Made by a program: the position numbers and the translations under genes
Part shown: positions 9,393-19,336 of the stretch, piece after piece
Numbering within the stretch: position 1 is the stretch's first letter
How the letters are laid out: the number at the start of each line of letters is the position of its first letter
Source: a virus
Taxonomy: Duplodnaviria; Caudoviricetes
Strand: one strand, 5' to 3'
Virus record (IMG/VR): IMGVR_UViG_3300037991_004042
Location: 1 to 62,172 of that record
DNA length: 62,172 nt
Notes under the pieces: model-generated
Told to the model about the DNA's origin: nothing
Database searches by the model: none
Seen by the model: the letters and a program-made list of their open reading frames with translations, nothing else

Positions 9393-10718
9393 TTAAACCG
9401 TTGGTTTTACATACTTGTATGGATGGTCATTTGGAAGTCTAGGCCATGTTGCATACTTCTGAGCAAGATAACCTTCAAGCTTTTGTCGTTCTCCAGACCC
9501 TAACTTACCGCTTACCAATATGATTTCTGCGACATCACCGTCAAAGTAATTAGCGGATGCTGCTGATCCAATAGTTAAAGAATCTGAGTTTGCATTATCA
9601 CAAGTAACAGAAGTTGTAACTCCAGCACTTCCATCAATATAAAATCCTTCGCCTGAAACGATACCTACTATCTGAGCGACATTATTAGTTAGGCTTGCGT
9701 CTGCCGAATAAACATTTGTTGTACCCACAAAGTGCGCAGCGTCATTAGCAACACCAAGACTGTCTTCAACACCAAACTTGTAATTAGCACCTTTACCCAA
9801 AAGGCTTTGAGTTGAGCTTCCAAATGTTGGAGACATAAGAGCAAAGATTGTTATATCAGACCCCGCACTAATATCCAATGTACTATCATCAGGAGCAAGG
9901 AGAGTACTGCTAGCACCATCAAATCGTAAGATTGTAAGACCATTGATCGCAGATCCCACAGCAATCGGCTCAGAGCCCGATGTAGACGATAGATCATTAG
10001 TATTCCCTGAAGAGTCTGACCATGCAGTTACAGTTGTTCCAGTAACTCCTGCTTGTGCATTATACCACGCCATAAGCGTTAGGCCAGCCCCAGCAATATT
10101 TATTGGAGTCCAATCCGCTGGTGCTTCGCCATCAGATGTATATTCCAATACAGCAAAGTTATCCAAGTAAACTGTTCCTGAGCTTACAAGTATTCCAGCG
10201 TCACCACTTGTCAGTCTGTTAGCATTTGTATCACCAGTGCTAGCAACAATGTTGTCATCTAAAAGCAATTGTAAATTTACAGGATTTGTTCCATAACAAC
10301 GCATTTCAATTGTATGCTTTGGCCCTTTAGAAACATTATTTGAGTTTAATTTTGCATCTACAAGAGTTGTCTCTTCATTGCTTACTCTTCTAATAATCTT
10401 TACACTGTTGTCATTCTCTGAGAATTGTCCAATATAACAGTCATATGCTTCTTCTGGAGCACCTTGATAGTTACTTGCTCTTGAGATAAGGCCGAGAGTT
10501 CCGCTTGCAAATTCAGATGTGTTAGGCCAAGCATAATCCATTTTGGTGGAGTAATGAACCGCTGAGAACGCAGTAGAGGTTCCAACAATTTGTGTAAGAT
10601 AGTCCTCTGTAATTGCAGAGACGCCAGCAGCACCAACAAGAACCCTTCCAGTTAGAACCCCAGTTGGGTCGTCAATAGCACCCCAGCCACTTGATCCTTT
10701 CCAATTACTTTTAGACAT
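9393..10718 (-). CDS. Virion protein with concanavalin A/LamG-like lectin domains
   Basis: AWYNA...WSDSSGNTNDL...ILRFDG...YFDGDVAEII...ERQKLEGYLAQKY pattern; last gene of the structural operon. Confidence 0.7.
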   Translation of the reverse strand: MSKSNWKGSSGWGAIDDPTGVLTGRVLVGAAGVSAITEDYLTQIVGTSTAFSAVHYSTKMDYAWPNTSEFASGTLGLISRASNYQGAPEEAYDCYIGQFSENDNSVKIIRRVSNEETTLVDAKLNSNNVSKGPKHTIEMRCYGTNPVNLQLLLDDNIVASTGDTNANRLTSGDAGILVSSGTVYLDNFAVLEYTSDGEAPADWTPINIAGAGLTLMAWYNAQAGVTGTTVTAWSDSSGNTNDLSSTSGSEPIAVGSAINGLTILRFDGASSTLLAPDDSTLDISAGSDITIFALMSPTFGSSTQSLLGKGANYKFGVEDSLGVANDAAHFVGTTNVYSADASLTNNVAQIVGIVSGEGFYIDGSAGVTTSVTCDNANSDSLTIGSAASANYFDGDVAEIILVSGKLGSGERQKLEGYLAQKYATWPRLPNDHPYKYVKPTV

Positions 10719-10726
10719 ATTATCTC

Positions 10727-11080
10727 CTAGCGATTATCGCCCTCGCCATCTATTTTATTTCTAGATTCGCGATCCTTTAATTTTAATATATTTATGTTTG
10801 CTATTTCTTCTAAATCATATCCTAACTCAGATGAAAGCGCAGAAATGTACCAAAGAACATCTCCAAGCTCTTTTGCTATTTGATCTTTATTTTCTTCTAT
10901 ATAATCAAACTTATTCTTTCTAATTCCCTTTTTTATCTTTTCAGACACTTCTCCGGCTTCGCCGATTAATCCAAGAGAGACATAGGCAAATTTAGCAACC
11001 CAGTCGTTTCTCGGATATATTGCAAGCTTTTGCTGCTCGATTTGATACTCTTGAAAACTCTTCACTTTATCTCCATACAT
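10727..11080 (-). CDS. mazG: MazG-like nucleotide pyrophosphohydrolase
   Basis: LGLIGEAGEVSEKIKK...KELGDVLWY...NILKLKDR. Confidence 0.9.
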   Translation of the reverse strand: MYGDKVKSFQEYQIEQQKLAIYPRNDWVAKFAYVSLGLIGEAGEVSEKIKKGIRKNKFDYIEENKDQIAKELGDVLWYISALSSELGYDLEEIANINILKLKDRESRNKIDGEGDNR

Positions 11081-11414
11081 CGTCTATGTGTTCTTCGTCT
11101 ATGTGCTCTTCATCTTCGGAAAAGAAACATTCAGAAGAATCATCTTCTTCATTTGTAAGATCAACATTGCTGTCTTGTTGCTCTTGGACTTCTTCAACCT
11201 CTTCAATTTCACTGCCTATTGAAATATGAGATATTTTAGAATTTTGCAATATTATCTCGTCAATTTTAAATTGCGAAAAGATTGGATCACTGAGTGAAGT
11301 TACACCTTTAAAATGTGTTCGCTCTTTATACTCTTTTGATATTTCATAAGAGTCAGCAGCAACAGGAATTGTGTCTGGAGAATTTCCAAATCTAACATAT
11401 GCAATTACTTTCAT
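11067..11414 (-). CDS. Hypothetical protein with acidic tail
   Basis: ORF; probable start MKVIAY at 11414. Confidence 0.65.
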   Translation of the reverse strand: MKVIAYVRFGNSPDTIPVAADSYEISKEYKERTHFKGVTSLSDPIFSQFKIDEIILQNSKISHISIGSEIEEVEEVQEQQDSNVDLTNEEDDSSECFFSEDEEHIDEEHIDDVWR

Positions 11415-11435
11415 TAAGACTTCCAAAAATAAAGA

Positions 11436-11469
11436 ATCCCGCTGCATAATATATATCATGCAGCGGGAT
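11436..11469 (-). terminator. 12-bp stem hairpin after the fibre gene
   Basis: ATCCCGCTGCAT/ATGCAGCGGGAT followed by a T-rich run on the - strand. Confidence 0.7.
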
Positions 11470-11489
11470 AAAGTGTACTAATTTATTGA

Positions 11490-12719
11490 TTACTTGATAT
11501 AGTCAACCTGAATCAGGTCGTCACTTTCAAGCGCAGCACCGAATGTGATTGTACCATTAGCGGCAACACTGTATTCAGTGTTATCACTTGGAGAAGGATT
11601 AGCACGAAGACGCTGACCGTTTCTAAATACACAAACACCTTCAAGGAAGTTTGCATTAACAGCATGGGTAAGAGATACGCTTGTACCACTTTGTCCAGTA
11701 AATTCTTCATATACTGGACGCCATGATTGCTTTGCAAGACCAAGAGAATTGTCTTTTACTTGAAGATTATTTGAATCAATTTCAATCGTTGAGTTATCAA
11801 CTTGAACTTCAATAGCACCACTATTATAATCAAGAGCACCACCAAGATCGGTTTGAAGATCACCAGAAGCATCGAAAGAAAGTCCTTTAGAACTTGCAAG
11901 AATAACTCTGATAGCACCACTGGAAAAATCAAGACCATAAGATGTGTCAAGATTTACAGCAATTGCACCACTTGAAAATACAACACCTTTGGCAGTGTCA
12001 ATCTTAGCTTCTAAATTTCCAGTACCGCTCTCAAAGCCCAAACCAGAAGCTGCTTTCAGTTTAGCTTGAATAGCACCACTAGCTCCGAATTCCAGACCAG
12101 CAGCAGTATTAATCTTAGCTGCAAGTTCTGTACCGCTTATCTCAAGACCACTATTGGCCTTAAGGTCAACGCTAATTTCATTTCCACTTTTCTGAAGACC
12201 GTCACCAGCAGTTACTTGTCCAAGACCAGTGAACTGAGTGAATGAAATGTCTGTAGATCCGACGGTAACAGAGTCATTGGTACAAACATATCCTAAGTCT
12301 GCGCTTACAGTTCCTTGCTTAATAAATACTGCGGATCCCGGAAATTCAGCATCTGCATCCATGTCATCGGCTCGTGACCAAGCACCAGCAGCACAAACAT
12401 AGATACCGTTCTCTTTTGCATCAGTTTGATCTTTTACAAGAACTCTATCGTTAGCAGTTACAGCAATACCGTCAATCGTTTGGGTTCCTGAAAGAGTAAT
12501 GTTTGCAGTAGTAGCAACTTCACAAGCATCTTTCCAGAAAGCACCTTGTAAAACTCCATCAACATATGCTTTGTTAGCAGCATCAGTAGAGCCAACAGGG
12601 GCCGAGCATCGGAGGAGAGCAGATCCAGATCCAAAGTCATAGGTTCCTGCTTGGAGGTGAATTTTATCAGCAGTAACCGAATCATCTTTATACTGCGGGG
12701 TTCTAAATTGAATAGCCAT
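11490..12719 (-). CDS. Fibre protein (head or tail) with beta-spiral-like shaft repeats
   Basis: DAANKAYVD, WKDACEVATTANITLSGTQTIDG...RVLVKDQTDAKENGIY domain, then repeated GL-x-F-xx-G-x-(I/L) units. Confidence 0.8.
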   Translation of the reverse strand: MAIQFRTPQYKDDSVTADKIHLQAGTYDFGSGSALLRCSAPVGSTDAANKAYVDGVLQGAFWKDACEVATTANITLSGTQTIDGIAVTANDRVLVKDQTDAKENGIYVCAAGAWSRADDMDADAEFPGSAVFIKQGTVSADLGYVCTNDSVTVGSTDISFTQFTGLGQVTAGDGLQKSGNEISVDLKANSGLEISGTELAAKINTAAGLEFGASGAIQAKLKAASGLGFESGTGNLEAKIDTAKGVVFSSGAIAVNLDTSYGLDFSSGAIRVILASSKGLSFDASGDLQTDLGGALDYNSGAIEVQVDNSTIEIDSNNLQVKDNSLGLAKQSWRPVYEEFTGQSGTSVSLTHAVNANFLEGVCVFRNGQRLRANPSPSDNTEYSVAANGTITFGAALESDDLIQVDYIK

Positions 12720-12847
12720 ATTATAAGCTCCTATTATGTCTATTTGTTAAAATATACCAACCAATGATTGGCGGGTATGTATTCTATATACGAAAACTTA
12801 TACCTATGACCAGTGCCCACAACAAGGACTTGACTTGATCTCAATTT

Positions 12848-13711
12848 CTAGGCAGGAGAATAATCTACAACTATTCTATCCCCAGCAATAGTAGCTTCTG
12901 AGAAGTTGAATTGAGTATTATTTAGTTCTGTAATTGTTGAAGAATCTTGTCTCTGACCATTCCAATAGACTCTTAGTGTGCCGCTTGCGTATTCATTAGA
13001 CAATGTAAATATTCCGGTTGAAGATCCAGCTTGGCTAGACAAATCTTCTTTCTGTAAATCTGATCCACCAGAAGATGGGGTTGGACTTGTGCCTTGAGGC
13101 CATCCTTGGTCAAAAGTTTCAGTTTGACCCAACTTGTAAGATGTTTGATTGTCCCAGTTATCGTATCCTTTTTCGCCAAAATAAGATGTCGATATGGTTG
13201 TGCCCGCACCAGAATACCAGCCATCATAACCCGCATCTGTAAACTCTTCCTTTCCTATAAATCCAGAAGCATACCAGCCAACGCTATCATTGGTTACAAA
13301 TCTCTCACTTGTAACAGTTAGTCCAGTTGTCATTGTTACAGAAGCGTGAAGAACGAGATTATAGTTCCTTGAAGAGTCAACCTTGTCTACTTCTGTTACG
13401 CGATTTACAACATCAATAATAGTATTTGAGCTTGTATCAAGCCTGTGCTGAAACATTCCTGCAACTGCAATATTCGATGTTGTAACTCTTTTATTTGCAA
13501 GATAAGCCAATGCCCGAGCAACAGAGTCAGGGTCGTGAACAGATACAGCAACATCATCAGACTCATTCAGTTCAAGATCGTCAAATGAGGTAGAGTCAAC
13601 AGGTGTTCTAATCTCTGCTGGAAGATTATAAGCCAGTTGATCTCTTAAATCTGAGAAAACAGTATTCAATTGTGCTGCGGTATAGCTTGTACGGTCTATT
13701 GTCAAAGGCAT
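12848..13711 (-). CDS. Putative virion structural protein
   Basis: Position in the tail module; C-terminal domain shared with the fibre protein. Confidence 0.65.
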   Translation of the reverse strand: MPLTIDRTSYTAAQLNTVFSDLRDQLAYNLPAEIRTPVDSTSFDDLELNESDDVAVSVHDPDSVARALAYLANKRVTTSNIAVAGMFQHRLDTSSNTIIDVVNRVTEVDKVDSSRNYNLVLHASVTMTTGLTVTSERFVTNDSVGWYASGFIGKEEFTDAGYDGWYSGAGTTISTSYFGEKGYDNWDNQTSYKLGQTETFDQGWPQGTSPTPSSGGSDLQKEDLSSQAGSSTGIFTLSNEYASGTLRVYWNGQRQDSSTITELNNTQFNFSEATIAGDRIVVDYSPA

Positions 13712-13718
13712 TGTTTAC

Positions 13719-14162
13719 CTACTTTCTCTTTTCAAATATTTTTATACATTGAGAATATTTATTGTTTTCATTGATAGAGTTTTGACCTTCTGACAAATGT
13801 TCCAAACATGTATCTACAATAATTATAGAGTTATTTAGGTTGGCTATTTCATCACATTCAATACTTGTAGATCCAGAAGAGTTTCCCTGCCTGTACATTC
13901 GACAAAGTGTCTCTCTGCAAAGACCGTCTCCATATGTGTTTATATATTCCATTGAACATGGGATACTTACAATATCCAAGTTTGAAAGAGACTTTGTTAC
14001 TTCAGCATTTGCCTTGTCTTCAATCGTTGTTGCTTCTGATATAGTTGTAATTATTTTTTCATTGGCAGCGTTCTGCTTATTAAGAACAAGTTTAAATATT
14101 ACTCCACCAGTCACAGTTGAGCCAGCAAGTATACCAATAATTATTGAGGTTAATGTTGTCAT
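13719..14162 (-). CDS. Membrane-anchored Cys-rich protein (spanin-like?)
   Basis: N-terminal hydrophobic helix and six Cys; function is speculative. Confidence 0.5.
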   Translation of the reverse strand: MTTLTSIIIGILAGSTVTGGVIFKLVLNKQNAANEKIITTISEATTIEDKANAEVTKSLSNLDIVSIPCSMEYINTYGDGLCRETLCRMYRQGNSSGSTSIECDEIANLNNSIIIVDTCLEHLSEGQNSINENNKYSQCIKIFEKRK

Positions 14163-14163
14163 T

Positions 14164-15804
14164 TTAAAATGCTCTTGCAATATTTTCATAAAGAAACCAA
14201 AATCTGAGAGTAAGAATTACTTCACCTTTTTTATAGGAGATTCCAGTAACAGTTGCAATTCTTTCTGTAAATCCAAGCTCGTGATCGGTGATCTTTATAT
14301 TATCACCTATCTTCACAAATATAAAGATAGAAGGGAAACATTGATACTGAACTTCATATGATGGTAAGGACAAATGTGCCGCCATCCAGTCTAGAACATA
14401 CTCAACGCTATTGTCGTCATAGTGTACAACAGACTCAAGTATTTCATTTTCTCGCAAGCCAATTCTGTCTCTGGATATGGCACAAAATTCAGAATTAGAA
14501 CTGTCTCTAGTTTTTACTTTTCTGTAGTTATCATTGACAGCATCATAATCGTATTTGATAGTGAAAGAATTGTATATGTCCTCTTTTCCTAATTCAGAAA
14601 TAGAGGAGATTCTATCAACGATGTATTCTTGACCAACTACAAAGTTACCAGAGAACACTTCTGATCTTCTATCTATTACAACTGGAGCATATCCAATGCC
14701 AGAGAAGGCCATGCTTATCATTGGAAATGATTCGCATATTGTGCTCTCTATATACTGGAAAGTATCAACAGCCTGTGAGGAACTGTCATTGATAATGACC
14801 TGCCCAAATATATTTCCAAGCTTAGAATATGATCTAGACAACAAGTCCTTGTCTATTAAATTATAGTTATATTTCGAGTAGTTAGCAATCAGGTTTACAA
14901 TTGTGTTTAATATGTCACTTTGTTGATTGTCTATTCTACTTACCCGAGCATATACAGATTCGTCTTCCCAAACATTAGGAATACCAGCATTATTTGTTGT
15001 AAGCTGAAAGTCTATGTTCAAGTATGGCGTGTTAGTTTTTTCTGTATACTTTATTGATGATGACCATGCGTAAAATGGATCATTAGAAGCTTTGTCAACA
15101 CCATCTACATTTACAGAATCAATTTGAAATTCTGTTCCATAACACACAACAAATTCTGGCCCGTATTGAAATGCAGATTTACGAATACAAGGTATTCCTG
15201 TAGAGGATTTGTTTATAACTATTGGTATTCTTTGACCTTTTTGATCATCAGGAAGCGTGGATATTTCTTCTGAATTTAAAATTACATCTGGAATAATAAT
15301 TGGAAATGTTTTCTTGGGGTCTGCTATTTCTAACTCTACAAGTTCATCAAGAGCACCAAACACACAGTTTCCGGATATATCTCCTCTGAGAACAATTATT
15401 CTATCTGAATAAGATCCATCTCTTATCTGTAAGCTTACTTCTGCAAATCCACTTATGTGACTGCCGCTTAATACCATTGACATGGCGTCAACAAATCTTC
15501 CGTCTACGGTAAGGGGAAATGACCTTACAGAGGCTGCGCCACTAGACAGAGTTATCGAACTATCTATTTGCGGCTCAGACTGCAATAATGGCTGATAAGA
15601 GTATATCTTTCCATCATCATCAGTAGTCTGTATAAAATCAGTTGCAATAGATAACTTCTTTCCATTTCCGAAAACAAGATCAATACAAACAAATAGATCC
15701 GAAAGAATTGGATCTTTGTTTATTTGTGTCTTCCAGTAATTAGAGAGGCTTGTATTTTTGCCGTCCGCTGGAAATACAATATCTAGTAAATCCTTGAACT
15801 TCAT
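14164..15804 (-). CDS. Tail tip/hub protein
   Basis: Second large ORF after the tape measure; C-terminal VKIGDNIKITDHELG...VTGISY is typical of tail hub proteins. Confidence 0.65.
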   Translation of the reverse strand: MKFKDLLDIVFPADGKNTSLSNYWKTQINKDPILSDLFVCIDLVFGNGKKLSIATDFIQTTDDDGKIYSYQPLLQSEPQIDSSITLSSGAASVRSFPLTVDGRFVDAMSMVLSGSHISGFAEVSLQIRDGSYSDRIIVLRGDISGNCVFGALDELVELEIADPKKTFPIIIPDVILNSEEISTLPDDQKGQRIPIVINKSSTGIPCIRKSAFQYGPEFVVCYGTEFQIDSVNVDGVDKASNDPFYAWSSSIKYTEKTNTPYLNIDFQLTTNNAGIPNVWEDESVYARVSRIDNQQSDILNTIVNLIANYSKYNYNLIDKDLLSRSYSKLGNIFGQVIINDSSSQAVDTFQYIESTICESFPMISMAFSGIGYAPVVIDRRSEVFSGNFVVGQEYIVDRISSISELGKEDIYNSFTIKYDYDAVNDNYRKVKTRDSSNSEFCAISRDRIGLRENEILESVVHYDDNSVEYVLDWMAAHLSLPSYEVQYQCFPSIFIFVKIGDNIKITDHELGFTERIATVTGISYKKGEVILTLRFWFLYENIARAF

Positions 15805-18800
15805 TAAATAATTTCCTCAAACTGCAAGGATAGATTTCCTATTGGTAGCCACCTCTGATTAACTTCGTCGTAGTACCAACCTTCATTCTGATCATTTGAT
15901 CCACTTATAAGTCTACCAAAGAATATATTGTCTGGATCATCATCATTTGCATTGTTGACAAGGACTGCACCATACTGTGCATAATTCATTGTTGTTCTTG
16001 TAAGATCTCTAAACTCTCTTCTTTTCTGCTGACTTACATCGCCTTCCATTCTCAAGTCTAAGGTTCTTGAAGCAGGGCCGAGTTTATATCCCCAAGTAAC
16101 ATTTCCTCTAGACCTCATAGACTCTATGTTGGGTTGCTCATTATCTACATACTCCCAGTTTAACGGAACAGTAAAGGTGTATGTTGTACCTGCAATTGCA
16201 CTTCCAAGTTGAGCATATGTTTCAGGCATGAAATTACTTGAACTGGTCAATCTAATTTTCATGTATTTTTTTGCAACAGGAGCACTGTAAACACCAGACG
16301 CCCTATCACAATAAATGTAAATAGTAGAACCTACAACTGAAGAATCAAACATTTGAGTAACACCAGTTGTAAGTAAAAGTGTATCTTCACCATACATTCT
16401 ATCAACTAAATATTGATCATCATCCGACCATATGGCTCCCGCTGCCGCTTGATGAACTTTCAAGTAAAAAGATTTCTTATCATCGGACGAAAACTTTGAG
16501 CCCGTAATGCTGTAAGAGCTGTCAAAACTTATAGCCATTTGGTTACCGGAAGCAGAACTTACAACTCCCTCTGCCTGAACGAAAGATAAAATCTTTGAAG
16601 TTGAATAGGACACATTGTCATCAGAATACTGAATGGTTGCGGTTGTTGCATTTGTCTTGAATAGAGATATAGCCGAATGATAAAATATCTCGTTGTCTGG
16701 AGCCTTGAAAACTAGGTCAACATTCCCAGCACCAAGATTGGTTGCTGACCTGTATGAGATTCGCCCAGAATCGTATTTTACAGGGTTTAGAGCGGAGTAG
16801 GAGTATGCAATGTCGGCTGTGAACGAGTCGCCGTCAAATGCGCTTCCACCGCCCCATATGGCATCAAGTTTATCACCAATTAAAATGGGCTCACGACTCG
16901 TTAGTCTTCCCCTGTAAGCTTGTGCTCTTGAAAGATTGTCGAATACTGGAACATCTGTAAAGGTTGCATCCGAAAGTCTGAAGGTAGCCATGTCGTTACC
17001 TGCATGCACTCCAAACTCTTTCCAATAAGAAACTTGACTACTTGTAGCGGTTAAGTGACCAAACTGTACAGCTTGTCTAAATAGATCTACATTTGAACTA
17101 GGATAGCTTACAGATGTACTTTTAGATGGCTGAACAATAGTAGTTGCAAGCCAGGCATTTGTTCCCATTTTTCGGCATACTAAAATACAGTTTGCAATAT
17201 CACCAGAGAATACCGTTCCTTTCTCTGGAAACCAAGCCCATCTAAACTCCCAGTATTCGTCAGCGAATGGAGTAGATCCGTAAGTGCCTGATGGCGGCGT
17301 AAGTGTTGCTAATGTTGTGCTTGCTATCTCATCTCTTATTACGAGTCCTGTTTCAGCAAGTCTTACAGCAACTTGTATTCTAGTATAGTTGACACCAGCG
17401 GTTGAAGCGTCTCTAGAAACATAACCATTTATCCTTACAAAACAAGAAGTAGAAGCAAGCGTCCCGCCAGTTACTTTCATAACCCAGCGTATACATGAGC
17501 CGTGATAGAGTTTCGGATCTGGATATACAGAATTGTCATTTCTTGGAATGAAAAACCAATTTACCGGTGGGCTGTCTGAATTATGGTTCAACTTGTAATT
17601 GGGGTTGGAATAACTATTATCTAAAATATGTGGGTCTATGTATCTAAAAATACATTGCCCAGTTGAAGAAAGATCTCTAACAATCATTCCGCTTTGATTT
17701 GTATTTGAAAACGCTATTGTATTCTGCCTAAATACTTGCCAAGGAGTATTTGTTCCCGAGTCCCATCCTCCCGCTGGAATACCATTTATGTAGTTCCATT
17801 GAGCCACCATGAATCTACCTTTGGGCTGATGCGTAGAAATCATTTCATCAATCAATTGTAATTGATCAAAGTTTGGAATTACATCTACATTTAAAAGATA
17901 GTTTTCATAATTCATGTCGTATGCAGGACGATTTGACCAGTCTGAAAATCGAATGTAAGCAGTGGTTCTTTCCATCGCCATTGTTGATCTGTCATACATG
18001 GAAGAGAAAAGAAACAATGCACTTCCAGTAGAAACCAACTTTCCAATCTTTAGGGATCTATCCCCCTGTCCCAAAAATCCCGAAATACAAAACACATCTA
18101 AGTTATTCAAAAATGCAAGGTTCAATGGTGTTACATCATCTTTACTATTTAGGTCTATCCATCCTGAAGACAAGTCTGAACTTTTAAGCTTATAAAATAC
18201 TTTGTACTCTCTGTTGTATCTTGTTGTAGTTGCATTTTCATTTAGTGTATCAAAATCACTTGTAATATCTTCAATAAAGGCAATTATGTAATCAGACGCA
18301 TTTTGAATAAATATATTTTGAGGGGTATGAGTTGGAAGTTGCAACTCAGAGTATTCTGAATATGGCTGATTAGAGTATGCCAAATAAGTCTTTGTAAAAA
18401 GACTTGCATATCCTTGCTGTGCAGATGACTCCATCATACAGATTATAAATGTTCCGCTATCGTCATAAGAACATATGTCATACACATATCTGTCAGCAAC
18501 GAAATACTTTCCAGTTAAAACAGCGTTATCTGGATAGTTTGGAACATCAGTAGAGTTTGTAAGCTTCCAACTAGATCCACCGTCAAAGCTTGCCATTGAG
18601 AACAGAGTCTCTGCAAAGCTAATATTGAATGGAAATGTTGAGAATATAAACCTCAAGAAGTTTCCACTTGAAGCAATTTTTATATTTAGTGGGTAACATT
18701 TAGTTTCTGTTGATCTTGAAAAGACATTTGGACTTAAAAGAGTAAATGTCAATCCATCAGTAGACTTGTAGATAAATATATCATTGTCATGAACAGCACA

Positions 18801-19334
18801 TAGTATAATAGCGTCATTAAGAACACAAACATCGAAGCTTCCGTCTATTCCGTAACCAGCAATAGCGGTTATGTTTATTGACTGGTTTGCCCAAGTGTAA
18901 TTGCCATATGTGTCTGACGCAGTTCTGTAATATACTTTAATCGTGTCTTCATCGTACTTGTGATACAACAATTCTCTGTCTAGACTCTTTATGTAAGCAG
19001 CAGAGCAGTGTTCAGTTCCAAGGTTTGGAAACGGAGAATGAACATCATGAAAAAATCTTAGATCATTTTCGCCACGATATTCTGTGTCTGCCTCGGAACT
19101 CTTTTTCCAAAGGAAGGTTGACTGCTCGACTTTTCCACCGCTGTTAATCAAGAAGTTATAAGTTGTTTCAGTTGTTGGTGATCCATTCAAAAACAACTTC
19201 ATATTGCCATTATTAGAAGTTGCAGAGAATCCAACATTGCCCTTCATTCCACCTTGAGAAGTTGCAGACTGAAGTGTACTCTCCCTAAGAGAACGATCAG
19301 GAACAATCATATGATATTTTGGTGGTATAGCCAT
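15804..19334 (-). CDS. Large distal tail protein
   Basis: 1176 aa, beta-rich, Asp-box-like motifs (KSTDGLTF, SFDGGSSW), directly after the tape measure. Confidence 0.65.
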   Translation of the reverse strand: MAIPPKYHMIVPDRSLRESTLQSATSQGGMKGNVGFSATSNNGNMKLFLNGSPTTETTYNFLINSGGKVEQSTFLWKKSSEADTEYRGENDLRFFHDVHSPFPNLGTEHCSAAYIKSLDRELLYHKYDEDTIKVYYRTASDTYGNYTWANQSINITAIAGYGIDGSFDVCVLNDAIILCAVHDNDIFIYKSTDGLTFTLLSPNVFSRSTETKCYPLNIKIASSGNFLRFIFSTFPFNISFAETLFSMASFDGGSSWKLTNSTDVPNYPDNAVLTGKYFVADRYVYDICSYDDSGTFIICMMESSAQQGYASLFTKTYLAYSNQPYSEYSELQLPTHTPQNIFIQNASDYIIAFIEDITSDFDTLNENATTTRYNREYKVFYKLKSSDLSSGWIDLNSKDDVTPLNLAFLNNLDVFCISGFLGQGDRSLKIGKLVSTGSALFLFSSMYDRSTMAMERTTAYIRFSDWSNRPAYDMNYENYLLNVDVIPNFDQLQLIDEMISTHQPKGRFMVAQWNYINGIPAGGWDSGTNTPWQVFRQNTIAFSNTNQSGMIVRDLSSTGQCIFRYIDPHILDNSYSNPNYKLNHNSDSPPVNWFFIPRNDNSVYPDPKLYHGSCIRWVMKVTGGTLASTSCFVRINGYVSRDASTAGVNYTRIQVAVRLAETGLVIRDEIASTTLATLTPPSGTYGSTPFADEYWEFRWAWFPEKGTVFSGDIANCILVCRKMGTNAWLATTIVQPSKSTSVSYPSSNVDLFRQAVQFGHLTATSSQVSYWKEFGVHAGNDMATFRLSDATFTDVPVFDNLSRAQAYRGRLTSREPILIGDKLDAIWGGGSAFDGDSFTADIAYSYSALNPVKYDSGRISYRSATNLGAGNVDLVFKAPDNEIFYHSAISLFKTNATTATIQYSDDNVSYSTSKILSFVQAEGVVSSASGNQMAISFDSSYSITGSKFSSDDKKSFYLKVHQAAAGAIWSDDDQYLVDRMYGEDTLLLTTGVTQMFDSSVVGSTIYIYCDRASGVYSAPVAKKYMKIRLTSSSNFMPETYAQLGSAIAGTTYTFTVPLNWEYVDNEQPNIESMRSRGNVTWGYKLGPASRTLDLRMEGDVSQQKRREFRDLTRTTMNYAQYGAVLVNNANDDDPDNIFFGRLISGSNDQNEGWYYDEVNQRWLPIGNLSLQFEEII

Positions 19335-19336
19335 TA

